DNA from: Lama guanicoe
Lineage: Eukaryota
Length of the DNA: 64,000 nt
Assembly (NCBI GenBank): GCA_013239625.1
Contig: MU054391.1
Coordinates: 6,717,824-6,781,823 of the forward strand
Reading direction: 5' to 3'
Shown: piece after piece, positions 1-12,149 of the stretch
Layout of the letters: every line of letters begins with the position of its first letter
Position numbering within the stretch: the first letter of the stretch is position 1
The notes under the pieces: model-generated
Seen by the model: the letters and a program-made list of their open reading frames with translations, nothing else
Database searches by the model: none
What the model was told of the DNA's origin: nothing
Program-made: the position numbers and the translations under genes

Positions 1-569
1 TGCATTTTATGCAAGATCTGTATTCCAGTTGCTAAAAAAAAAAGTGAAAGCACACTTTTCTCCAAAAATCTGGCGTAATATTAACAGTACTCTCTTGTTT
101 GAAAAGCATGATATATTGTAGCCACTAACTTGTTTAAAAAAATATGAATGTTTATGATGTAACAGATTAAAGAGATGAGAATCATACATTGGCTTTTGAG
201 AAAAAAACATAGTTTGCAGCAGTGGAGTTTTTCTGGAGCCACAATGTTTAGCCTCAACTTTAGAATTTCCTCTGTTCATTTGGATTCTTGCAGGAACTAT
301 CTTAAATGCATATGCTATATTTAGGTAGGAACATTAAAAAAATCAGAGCTATCATGTTGATTAGCTTTATTAATTTAGATATTTGAGTTACACTTCTTCA
401 TGTTTTTTTCTGTATTTTAAAGAACCAGTTTCTCCATCCAGGATCCTCTTCTACCCAAACCTTTTAAAAACAGTTAGCATATATTCTGGGATTTAAAATA
501 GATATTAGCTAAATACCAAAATGTCTGAGAAGCAAGTTAATACTGATTGCTGAAAATTTTCTTTTACAG

Positions 570-611
570 CCAGAATAATAACAACTTTAATGACCACCAA
601 CGATCTTACAA
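570..611 (+). CDS. SLC66A3: SLC66A3/PQLC3 penultimate coding exon (42 nt; xRIITTLMTTNDLT)
   Basis: tttacag acceptor and A|gtaagc donor. Translation matches the recalled PQLC3 C-terminal region (RIITTLMTTNDFT), and the phase joins the next exon. Confidence 0.88.
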
Positions 612-1990
612 GTAAGCAAAATATTTTTCTGCCCACTTCCTTTTCGAATTCTATGCCATTTGTGCCTCCTTCATTTGTATCTTGTCTTAGGGTTTAACAG
701 ATCCACTTGGCCCCACTGGAGGCCAGCAACAATATATTACTGGTCTTTATCAGTCACCATTTATAGTATTAAGCATCGATTTGCGGTGCCTGGGATAGAA
801 TATGCACAAGATAGTAGATTCCTTTCTTCATAAAGCTTCCACTCCAGCAGTGGAAATGAACACTGACATAATCACACGATTAACTACTGAAAAACATTGG
901 GAAATGTATTTTGAAAGAACAGGACAGGATGAGCACCTAACAGGGGAATGTGACCTGTTTGGAGGGAGCTGGGAAGATTAATTGGAGTAAGAGTGAGACC
1001 TGGAAGAGGGGAGAGACTGCTACAAGGAGCAGCATGTGCTTGGACTCAGCCTTGGAGAGAGTACCAGTCGGGCTGGAGTGAGAGTGTGGGGGTGAGTCTA
1101 AAGAGGGGGAAGGAAGTGGTAGCGGCCAAATTGTCCAGAGCCTCAGAATTGCACACAGGCAGCAGGAAGGCTTTTGAATGCAGGGGCGTGGCATAATCAT
1201 TTGACTCCATGTCCTTGTTCTGTTACTTTTAAAGGGATACTGTGACAGAGGAGAAAATAAAATATACTTGGGCTAACCTAAAAAGAGTTTTCTAATTCCT
1301 TAGGCTGGGTTTTCAAATCCCAAATCAGGCATATACATTTTGGAAAAGTGATTCAAATAGATGGTGTCACCTATTCTATGAAGACTAGAACTATGTCCCT
1401 CATGTGTAGACCTTTCAAATACGTTAATTGTTATTTGAGAAATATTGCTACAGAACAGCACAAAGCATTTGCTAGTCCCTTCCCGGACGTTTTATCTTTG
1501 GCTCAAATGCTTTCTGTCTGCTCTGAGAGGACAGAAAGCATTTTGATTAGAGTTCTGGTCAAAGCATGAACTTAGGTCAAGTGGGAAAGGGAAAAGAGGC
1601 CAGAGTCTTCCCCACAGGACTTGAAGAATTTTCTGTTTAGAAAGAAGAGTCAACCATAATTAAACAACACAACAAATCTATGTGTTAAAAATTGAAAAGT
1701 CGAGACTGTTCTAATTGATTTGTTTTGTATCTAAGGTGACAGCGGTTCCTGAAAGTGATCAGTGTATCTGGGAATAACCGTTAAAAAACAGTTTAGCTAT
1801 CTTAGAAGTGTTTTATAACTACAAAGATACATTGAACAGTTTCTCAACAGTTCACATGGTCCATAGTTATTTCATTTGTGGAGGGAAGCTTTGTTTTGGC
1901 TTCTACTTAGAGCAGGAGCTGATTTTGTTTCATTATGTGACAACAGTATTCCTTAACACACACTTTCTCTTTTTTTTTGACTGATCTCAG

Positions 1991-2082
1991 TTCTTCTACG
2001 TTTCCTGATCATGCTGGCTTTAAATATGTGGGTAACAGCTACAGTACTTCGCTACCGGAAGACCGCTGTCAAGGCTGAATGA
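1991..2082 (+). CDS. SLC66A3: SLC66A3/PQLC3 last coding exon ((I)LLRFLIMLALNMWVTATVLRYRKTAVKAE*)
   Basis: Polypyrimidine tract with ctcag acceptor; TGA at 2080-2082. Hydrophobic segment ending RYRKTAVKAE resembles the PQLC3 C-terminus. PQLC3 is the 3' neighbour of ROCK2 in human. Confidence 0.9.
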
Positions 2083-3084
2083 TGGATACATTATTCCTAC
2101 ACTAAGTGGATTTCAAATAACTGAACCAAAGGAAAAAAAGCTCATTGCTAAATCAAGGTCTTTTATAAATTTAGCCAATCATGCATGCCAAAGGTATTTT
2201 AGACTTGAAAGAGCCCACTTAAAAAACCTTGTTTGAAAGTGTCAGTTCCCCTCCCCTTCCCCATTTCATTAGGTTAAGGTGGGGCTCAGACATCTGCAGT
2301 TTGGAGAAGGTTGGTGATTGGTGGAAGTCTTCCAAGAAGCCCATTTTGAAGAGATTGCTATGACTCTCATTCTCAGTCATGATTAAGTTTCTCCAAAGAG
2401 CTAACTACATCTCCTTTTCAGCTTTCAGGATCTTTTAAGAAATCAATCCTCTCCACAACACAAATGAACACGAATGGAGTGGAATTTTGCCCAGAGTGGA
2501 ATTGTAACAAATTACCAGGGTTCACTTTCTGGTACTAATGTTTAATTGTAATACAGATATAACAGGAAGGCCTTACTGTATCATAATACCATATCATACC
2601 TCCTTAGGCTCTAGCAAGCATACCAAGGCAAGTGAAAATGTTACTGGCTTGCCTTCATACACCAAAGGAGTCCTTTAACGTCATACTGTGCCTTTACGTA
2701 ATTCCTAACAAAAGGTACTTGCAGTCTATTGATGAGGCAATCCTAATATACTTTGATTCCAGCACGATGCTGCCATTTTTAAAAGGGCCACACCTATACA
2801 ATTACTGCTACTGGAATCTGGTACAAAATATAGCTGACCTCTACCAGGTTTTGTCTATTGAAAATATGTGCAGTAAAGGATATTGCTAGGTTCTGCCAAG
2901 TTCTCATGGATTTTATTCTCAAAGTATCATACTCTAAGCATAATGTTAAGATTATTGTACACTGTATTTTCCTGTAAAGACTTATAAACCCTAACATTTA
3001 AAACCTCTCTTTCCCCTAATAATTAAATGGCATTATTAAATGCAGTAAATAATGTTTATTATAAAATGTTTGTTTCTTATGTAA

Positions 3085-3090
3085 AATAAA
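3085..3090 (+). terminator. SLC66A3: Probable SLC66A3 polyadenylation signal (AATAAA)
   Basis: AATAAA about 1 kb after the stop, with T-rich sequence downstream. Confidence 0.6.
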
Positions 3091-3974
3091 CTTTCATATT
3101 TTGAACTCTGCTGAGTCTCTTAAAACTCAACTGTTTTAATGGAATTAGTTTTAAGTTATGTAAACGGTAGTTTAAAAAAACATAAACCAGTTAATCCTTT
3201 TAGAACTTCTGCTTGGGACCAGTATAAACATAGTATCTAAAAATCGTTCATTCTGTAGTTTTAAAAATTAGTCATTTAAAAAAATCCAAGTGAATCCTTT
3301 CTCATATGCAATTATAATCTGACCATTAGTATAAATACAAGTTGTGTAATTTTTAGTCCAACAAATATTTTATTTAGATATACTTTATTACTGCTTTAAG
3401 CAGCTCCTTTAAGAATATACTATCTTAGATGAAAAGTTCTCCATTTTTCCCCTTTGAGAGGGAACATTTGAGCTACTCCAGATACTCTATACATATTATC
3501 ATATTTAATCCCCCAACAATCCTATAAGTAAACAATTCTCCATTTTACAGATGTAAACATTGATGCCCAGATTGAATAACCTGTCCCAGATCAGCCAGCC
3601 AGTAAGTATACTAGAAAAGAACCCACATTACCAAAGAAATGCTTTCTAGAAAACCACGTCAGCATAATATTCCTAACAAAATAGGCACCCTGCCCCTCTT
3701 CCTTATCCTCGACACTCAAATGAGATTCTCAGGTTTGCATGGCCCTTAAAATACCGACATTAAATCAGACAAAGACTCCTAGCTGAAATTCGATTTCCTG
3801 TTTCTCCATGGACTAAATGACAGGGCTGAAGATTCTACAACTCTGTACCCTTAGTTAAGGCTTATTTGCGATACCCATCTTAGGGAAGGCAAATTTTGGA
3901 AGTAAATTTTAGAAGGCTGCAGCACTCCAGGACTATTTCACAGGAAAAGTATGAAAATGCTTGTCTCAATTTCT

Positions 3975-3984
3975 TTTATTTATT
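3975..3984 (-). terminator. ROCK2: Probable distal ROCK2 polyadenylation signal (overlapping AATAAATAAA)
   Basis: tttatttatt on + lies at the end of a long stretch without recognisable interspersed repeats. Other minus-strand AATAAA occur at 5365-5370 and 3055-3060. Confidence 0.6.
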
Positions 3985-6900
3985 TTTAATATAAAAAGCA
4001 GGCATAAAATACAATTACATTACTACAAAGATGCAACAAAATTTTTAAAAAATCAGGGGGGTATGATTTTCGTTCAAGGGGACAGCTGATCAAATATTTA
4101 TGATTATCTAAACCATGCAGTTCATAAGTTATTACAGTTCCAAACAAAATTCATTATTATGGGGAAGGGAATCACGGAGAGGCCCCCCAAGCATAATATT
4201 CAGCACTGTCATACAGTGCTTATCTTCAAAGTGCTTTACAAACCAACTATGGTATCTTCACAACACAGGGAAACTGAAGTCTTACTCCACGGGAGGAGAG
4301 CTGAGTCAGTAGCAGTGACGACACAGGCTGAGAAACTCCGAAGTGACTTGCCCACGTCAGATTTTAGAAACATGTTATTTAAAGCATGTTTCAATAAGGT
4401 AATATAGTGTCTAAGTTTCTCTATTTACCACCCGAATCCTGGAAGAATAGATTAACAGCAGCAGCATAACTTCTGAAATTGTCATTTGGCAACCTAGAGT
4501 TTCTTCTTGAGGATCTACAGATAAACTGGTATAAAGGAGACCCGTCGGCAACAGAATGGTGTAACTCTAGCGTTGGTTAGTTCTAAAAACACTAACCTTT
4601 ACTTTAGATTTATTGGTATACTTATCCTTTAGTGAGAGCATTTTAAACTTTCAGATAGATTTTTTTAAAAAATCTTGCTTCTAGATAAATTTTTTTAATT
4701 AATACTTTTCAAAAATGCACTGTACATTAATTCTTAACAGTAATCCTGGCACCGGTTTTCCCTCTACTCTCATTATTCCCACAAAAGTAAAAAATCCAAC
4801 TGAGAAAATCCCAGTATCACTACTTAGTTCTCAAAAGGAGGTATTTATGGCTCTAGGAGAAATCAGGTGTGAGGACATTAGCAACTTTTGGTCTTACATT
4901 TATCTTGGAAGCTTTGGAGCCTCAAGAAAAAGAGAAGCTGGCACAAAATTAGGTTTTTCAACCAAGTCAACGTCATCTTTAGTGAGCGGTGGGAAGAGAG
5001 CATTTGGATGGTGCATGCACTCGTGTACGTATATGAAACCAGCAACAGAGTATAAAGCAAATTCTTACCCAAGGTCAGAATTTTTTATTAAGCGCATTTC
5101 CATTAGTTGGACAAACAACCTTATAAATCCTTATTTCAAACCATATAATGTGAAGAATCTCCATGGAGAGATTTTTTTTTTGCCCCTTAGAGTAATTTTT
5201 CCCCCAAAAAAACTTCACATTAATTTTCCCTGTATAGTTGCATCACACCATCATTCTCCATATTCCCTAATATATACAGCATTCAGAATTTAAACTTTTG
5301 CCATGTTTACTCAAATATTTCAATTACTCATGTGTAAACTTCAAATTATTTCACCTTAATAAAGTTTATTAAAAATATATATATATATACTCTCCAATTC
5401 AGAATAATATGATAGAACCTCCCATAGTGTAACAAAATCTTTATATAAAATATTAATTCAGTCTCCTTTTAACAAGTCTAATGAATGGAAATATTTATTC
5501 TATATAAATTTTATATATTTTTCACTTTTTAATTTCACTTAAAAAAAAAAAAGCTGTGCCCCCAAAACCAGAACATACCTGCAAGGGAAATGGCATGCAT
5601 ATCTAGTTTCAGCACAGACAGCATGAAAGAGTGCAGACTGGAAAATGTAATAACAAGATTCAGTTTCAGTACATCCGTAGCCAAAGGCCACTCTTCAATT
5701 TCCACAACAGTATCTATAATTGGGGATCCAACTCTTTAAACACTTCTGCACTGACCCCAGAAGGAATCAATGAAAAATGTCTACTTCCTTCATTGAAATA
5801 TTAGATGATATATTTCATTATCACACCAAACTCTGTAGTTGAATGTGTATAAAGAGAGACTGATAAAACACTACATCATTTTTTACTTGATTCTTATCAC
5901 CGATGCATACTGTAGCAGTATAAAACATATACTTTTCTGGAATGAGAAATATAGCAGGAATAGTCCTGCATAAACTGTAACTTTAACAGCATTTAAAAAA
6001 ATAAAAATAAAGTTAAGTGCCTCTAAGGCCACTTCTTCCCAGTCACCAGTTTTCTTAACCCAGTACTGAAATATTGCCATACACAGCTGTGTGTTTAATG
6101 GATCACATTTAAATATTTAAAATATATCTACAGTATGTCTTCATTTTTTTAAATTCGAGATAATTTTTTGAATCTTGAATGTGAAAATGTAAAAATAGTC
6201 ACAAATGTCTTTATCAGAAATAAAAACACACCTAGGGTAGCCAGTAAATTAAAAGCAAAGAAAATGTTTCATAGTCACACACTAATACTGAGGTCTGTAA
6301 AAAAGGCTGGATGAATAATAGATATACATAAAAGATATATTAGTTCCAATACTATCTATTACTGTTTCTATCACCAATACTTAAAAAAAAATTGTTATAC
6401 AATCAAAATAGGCTGACATTGATAACTATTACGTGTAAAAATAGTGCACTATTTTTCTTCTGCAAAGCAAATTTGCATCCTAAGAGCTGGTAAACACTTG
6501 TTCTTTTTTTAAATACAGAAAAGGGTTGAGATTTTGGAAAAAAAATTAAATTAAGGCATTCAAAACGGGTAGAGTTGCCTACTATGAAGCATTAGGAAAC
6601 TGATATAATTAACTTCAAACTTCTTGTTATAGTAATTGCTTAAATATGAACATGCAGCTTCCATCAGGTACACACAGATGAGTGATATAAACTCCAACAT
6701 TATGGCTTTATACAAGTGCATAGTTGCAACTGCAGTAAGTAATGATATCTGATTAATGTTTATAAAAAAATAAAGTGGGAAGTTAAAAAAAAACCCTCTT
6801 GCAGTATTACAGTACTATACATATGTGTGCATGTGTGCATGTGTGTGAGGATATACATATCCACACACGCACGCACACACACACAGTATAATGGTCACTT

Positions 6901-7190
6901 CTTGAAGATGCAGTCTCTATCAGTGTAGTGGAATCCATTCCCAGATTCTTCTGGCAGGTTTGCTGGTGAAATCTCTCTGTTGAAGCTGCAAGGATGATTT
7001 CTTCAACTTTAACTCTTCTCAGTCCGTGTAGTGTGAGTGACTGCCAAGAGAGCTTCATGGAGCAAGTTGGGAAGAGTTGCACATGATATTCTTACTCTAC
7101 TAACCAATCACTGTTGGTTCAACTTGCTGCTCCAAAGGAGCCCAACAAATCTATCCAAGATTTATAATTTATATTGCAGGAATACAGGGA

Positions 7191-7272
<82 letters not shown>
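7191..7272. repeat. Compound microsatellite (AT)12(AC)8(AT)10(GT)11 in the ROCK2 3'UTR
   Basis: Read directly from the sequence. Confidence 0.95.
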
Positions 7273-7388
7273 ATCAGTCTCTCAGGAAAATATAGCTTTT
7301 TAATAACTTTGGGGCCATCATATTTCAGTCTTGTTTCAACTGGAAGAATATGATCACCTTGAATAATGACTGCATTCACAGAAGGCAG

Positions 7389-7392
7389 TTAG
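7389..7392 (-). CDS. ROCK2: ROCK2 exon 33 coding part (C+TAA; completes Ser and stop)
   Basis: tttctag|CTAA; AG from exon 32 plus C gives Ser, producing ...NKPS*. Confidence 0.92.
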
Positions 7393-8650
7393 CTAGAAAG
7401 AAAAGGAAAATAAAGGTAGTTGATATAGTGAAATTATTTAAGAGATTGTTATCAGTTCTTTGAAAAGGCATTCCATTTACGTCATTAAACTATGTAGTCT
7501 TCCAACTACTATACTTTTAACACCTAAATCATGCATGAGATATATTACTGCATTACTTTTCTTAGTTTTAGGTACATGCAATTGCATTTTTGCTCATATT
7601 TTCTCATATTGGTCACAAACAGGACACACAAGTTTTATACAGTTAACTGGCTATTAGGGTTAGATAATATGTCACTGACTAACTCATGTGAATGTAAGTC
7701 TGACTTGGGCTTTAACTGCCAGTTACTCCATGCAGCTGAAAGAAGAGTGGACTTATGGGCTGGGTTCTACCTGACTGTCTGTCTGACACTATGCCACATT
7801 TTTTAAATATATGAAATGGGAACAAACACACTGTTGTAGCAAATATATGTAAATATTCTAAATCCTGGTTGTAAACAGATTCTATTATGACATGATTTAA
7901 GTATATATTTTGCAACGTGTTACTTAAGATAGACATTACTTCTTTTAAATCCATTCCATGTAAAAGGTTTAACCCATGAGGTTCAATTTTCATTCAAATC
8001 TCCTTTAGCCACTATTAACCAAATTACATTTTCTAAAAGCACAAGAGCTTTCACAGCATACCGTTAGCATCCTCCAGCAAGAGTAACATTAAATTTTCAA
8101 AAAGTAAACATTCATTCACATCACAAAAAAAAGCCAAATCAGAAACAGCTATTTCACAGCACTTATTAGACTTACAAAGTTTTTATGGTTTCAATTATTA
8201 CAAGTTAGAAAGAAGGAAAGAGGAGGGATGGAGGGAGAAAGGAACCCCATGCTATGTTCACAAACTAACACAGCTGTAGGAACTTGAAAACACTGTAAAT
8301 TTTACTTCTCTGAATATGGCTTCTTTGGAATGAACAGAAAGTACCAGAATTAGCTCCTTTTGTTACTTTTATATGTTTCATTCCTAAGATAAAAAATTAT
8401 AATCCCAACTGTATTGAAAATATATAGCCAATAAAGAATCTGAACATAGCATTTTACTTCTATACTTAACATGGAAATTTTAGTTAGAAACTTTTTTGAA
8501 AACCACTTTTCAAATATATACTCTCAAATACAACTTAATAAAATCTCAAACTGGTCAAAGGCATGAAAACCCAAAGTGCAAACCACATGCACTACTTGGA
8601 AATACTAAAACAACTCATTTTTCATTTTTTGATTTACCCCATTTACTTCT

Positions 8651-8738
8651 TCAGAAATCAAAAACATCGCCATCATCATCACCACCATCAATATCATCAA
8701 ATGACCAATCCCAGTCTTTAAATGCCAAATCAAGCAAT
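8651..8738 (-). CDS. ROCK2: Candidate alternative ROCK2 C-terminal exon: (R)LLDLAFKDWDWSFDDIDGGDDDGDVFDF*
   Basis: cctcctatttcag acceptor in the phase required after exon 32; 28 open codons to TGA; GTAAAT donors 4 and 13 nt after the stop; TGCATG just downstream. Confidence 0.65.
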
Positions 8739-9689
8739 CTGAAATAGGAGGTTTGCAAATTTATACACTAATACCCTTGCAAAACAGCAGTTTAATATGC
8801 TATGATCTAGACATTACACTTCGAATGTGCTGTAAGTAAGCATTTTAACTTTCCCTTCATTGATAACAGCATAATTAAAATCAAGATGGATGCACACAGG
8901 GAAATCTTTCTCTTTATACACAAATACATATAATCATGTTGGCCACGTACACTTTCCAGAATACCAGAGAACAGAGGACAGAGATAATATTTAGGGATAA
9001 GACACAATCTTCTTCCCACTGGGTCCCAGTGAAGATGTAACCATCCTGATGCCCAGTTTGATTTAAGAACTATAAAAGTTCAACATTCCCTTCACAAAAG
9101 TGTCCATATTGTCAGCTCGTATCTTCCCAGAACATAACTATAAATCCCAGTCTGAAAGGAGAGTAATACTAAGAACATAGCTTTCTCAATTCCAGCAGGA
9201 CTCTACCTGCTCAGTGGACCACCAAAAGTTATGCCTTCCATGAAAAGCCACAGACAAGGGAAAAGCCACAGGTAGATAAGCAGCATTAGCAACTTATCTT
9301 GACCAAATAAATTGGACTTAGAGTAGAGTATATATGGTCTTTCCTTTCGAATCCAATCCTCTAGTAATACAATCATTTTCATTTTAAAAAATAGGAGTAA
9401 TTTTTTTATGTGTTGTGTGTTTTAGTTTTAATCATTGTTTTTAAACCATGGAATCAGAAGGTGAGATTTGGTCGGCAACTCAATGCCACTATCACTCCCA
9501 GTTACTGTGTAGATCATTAACCCTTATAATTCTACTTTCTCTCTCTTCCATTGTTGTGAGGAAATGACAAGACATCACAGATATGTCTCACTGCAAATTA
9601 TTACATTTTGGTCTCAACTGGTGCCTTTGATACTGTTTGGAATTCTTTTATTTGTACCTTGGGGATCCCCGTCTAGTGGCTTCCAGATT

Positions 9690-10220
9690 TAGCTACTCAT
9701 AGAGATCCCCGGGAATGCCTGTTAAAAATTGATCCTCCAGTTTCATTCTGGACTTACTGAATCAGCATTCCTGAGGATGGGGCGGGGGATCTTTCTGTCT
9801 GACCACCTCCCTGGGTGGTTCTTGGTGACACCAGCCTTTCCCTGGTCCAGGGAATTGTCTCTGCGGACTCCCGGTGGTCCACTTTAGAATGACTATTTTC
9901 AATTACTTCCACTCTTATAAGTTCCCATAAAAACAGGAGTAATTTTTAAAATTATTTATAACTGTGATGTTCATGAATACATTTGTGCCAAGGAACTTAC
10001 CTGGTTCCCAAATCTCATCTGTGGTCACTGTGTCAGTGGTTCCTAAAATGTAGTGTATATGATTTATCCAATGCTATACATAACGCATACTCCCAGGCCT
10101 CACCCAAGAGAGTCTGATATACTTAAACGGGGGGCGGCAGGCAGGGAGGTATTTGTATTTTAAAATAAAAAACCTGAGATGAATTCTGATGTAGCTGCTT
10201 GACTTTGAGAATCACTGAAA
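9690..10220. mobile_element. Two degraded MER5-like (hAT-Charlie) fragments (about 9690-9830 and 10035-10220)
   Basis: Motifs tactgaatcag...ggggc and cagtggttcctaaa...ttctgatg...tttgagaatcactg; boundaries approximate. Confidence 0.5.
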
Positions 10221-12149
10221 GAATAGGTTGATGGATGATTACCTTAATTTAAAAGTAAAAGAAAAACAACTCAAATTACTCTATTTCAAACTGTGCTAAA
10301 TACAGAGTATTTGACTAAACATACAAATTTAGATATAATTATTTATTCACTTAACACACATCAGCCTAGTACACACTTCCTTTCTTAGGCTTACATAGAA
10401 AGTACCTTTTAGCTATGGTGTCAACTCTACTACTTGGGAGACTGAGATCAGCAGGCCTTCCTGGGTGTCCAAGCCCCAGTATTAGCACACTTTATGAAAA
10501 ATCTGCATATCCTTCCAAAACCTTCGAAGCATGTGTGTGTGCCCACATCACAATCTTCAAATTTTAAAAATCTTATCACTGGACTGTGAGTGTAATGCAC
10601 GCCAGACTTCCCTAAAACCTCTCCCTCATCCCTTCCAGTCGTCTAATTCTTGTCATTTCAATTTGAGGAATCTTTCTTCAACTTGGTTCCTTCTGCCCAT
10701 TTTCACTGTCAGTACTTTAGTTCAGGATCTCATTAAGTATAAATAAACCAATCTCTTGTTGAAAGACTTCTGTTAGAACAAAATCAAAACTCCTATAGCA
10801 CAGTGAACATGCTTCTTTTCATTCTGGCTCAGAGCTTTCTCTCCAGTGTCACCTTCTACCACTTCATGTCAATACCCTCTCCCCACCCTAACCCAATACA
10901 ACATTACAAACACATAAGTAATTCTGACAACCAGGGCCTTGGTACATCAACATCTTGCCTAAAATTGTCTTTTCCCTTATTTCTTTGCCTAGGAAATTAC
11001 TGATCCTCCATTTTTTGGAGAACTTTCTTGATGCTTTAATGGCAGAATTCTCCATGCTTTCCTTTGTTCCCCCATAACATTTGTTCATGCCTCCATAATA
11101 AACAACATATTAAACAGTACTGTAATTATCTGCTTGATTGTCTATCTCCTTCATTAATTGATCAATGGGTATACCCTTCAGGCTGCTCAAACTTATTGCC
11201 AAAGACTGCATCAGAAGGGAGCATTTAACTTTTGAGTTACCAGCAGCACATGAGCACACCCATTTCTTTACATCTCACCAACACTAAGTTTCTTAATCCT
11301 TACCAGTTTGGCAGATAAAAATGGTTTTACAATATAGTTTTAATTTAATTTTAATTTCTTTGCTTCATAATCAGGTTGATCATTTTTTCATATTTATGGT
11401 AATGCCTGCACGTTCCACACTAATTTTTATGCTGGGAAGAGTCAATCTTTTTATTAATGATTTATGTAAGAACTATATGCACAAAGATACTAACCCATCT
11501 TCCTCATATATATGGTAAAATATGTGCTGTTTTTAAAATTTACAAGGCTTTAATTTTTGGTTAGTTAATCTTTGACTTTATTTTCTTTCTTTGCTTTTAT
11601 TCTTAGGAAATTCTTCTCCAATCCAAGGTCAGATACATATTCACCTATTCTACTTCATTTATGGATTTATTTTTGACACTTTAACTTGTATATAACATTA
11701 TTATTTACTTTCTAATATTTAGAACTGGAAAAGAATAAAGATGAGATAATGATAAAACAATAGCTTCCCCTATCCTTAAGTTAACTGTGTTGACAACGCT
11801 TTGTTTTTTAAAACTGGATAAATGAGTATTTGTTGCATTTCTGCTTTATATTTTTCTACATGGCTTAAATATTACGTTAAAAAAAAAAGATCTTTTAAAG
11901 GAGAATAATTAAAAAGAAATGCCCTCAGCAGGGACCAGTATTTTGGGTCTTTAATTGGAACAAATTAGGATCTCTCCAAACTGTCATCAAAAGCCAACAT
12001 TTTACTCACAAATTTCTTACTTTTCTAGCAGAGTATTTTATTCAAAATTACCAAGAAAACATTCCTCTGGAATACCATTTCTACATATTACATTTTATAG
12101 ACTGTCAATTCATTAACATCTACTTGAATCACTGTGAGGCAGGGGAGTA

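Larger units (their letters stand above)
3958..7388 (-). other. ROCK2: ROCK2 3'UTR (~3.4 kb; 3' end approximate)
   Basis: Follows the TAA at 7389-7391; AU-rich, with many conserved-family miRNA seed matches, ending at a poly(A) signal. Confidence 0.75.

Noticed and set aside
4352..4363. 12-mer ccacgtcagatt repeated at 12909-12920
   Set aside because: A single 12-bp match within 64 kb is expected by chance, and the similarity does not extend.
4715..5293. Longest ORF in the track (192 aa, + strand)
   Set aside because: Antisense to the ROCK2 3'UTR, with no recognisable protein features or splice context; most likely chance.
8496..8747. 83-aa plus-strand ORF with a Ser/Pro-rich end
   Set aside because: It is the antisense shadow of the GAT/GGT-rich candidate exon on the minus strand.
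8951..9069. Possible extra exon (ttttatag|TTCTTAA..., giving NKPSS*)
   Set aside because: Weak donor (AGT|gtacgt), immediate stop, and no other support.
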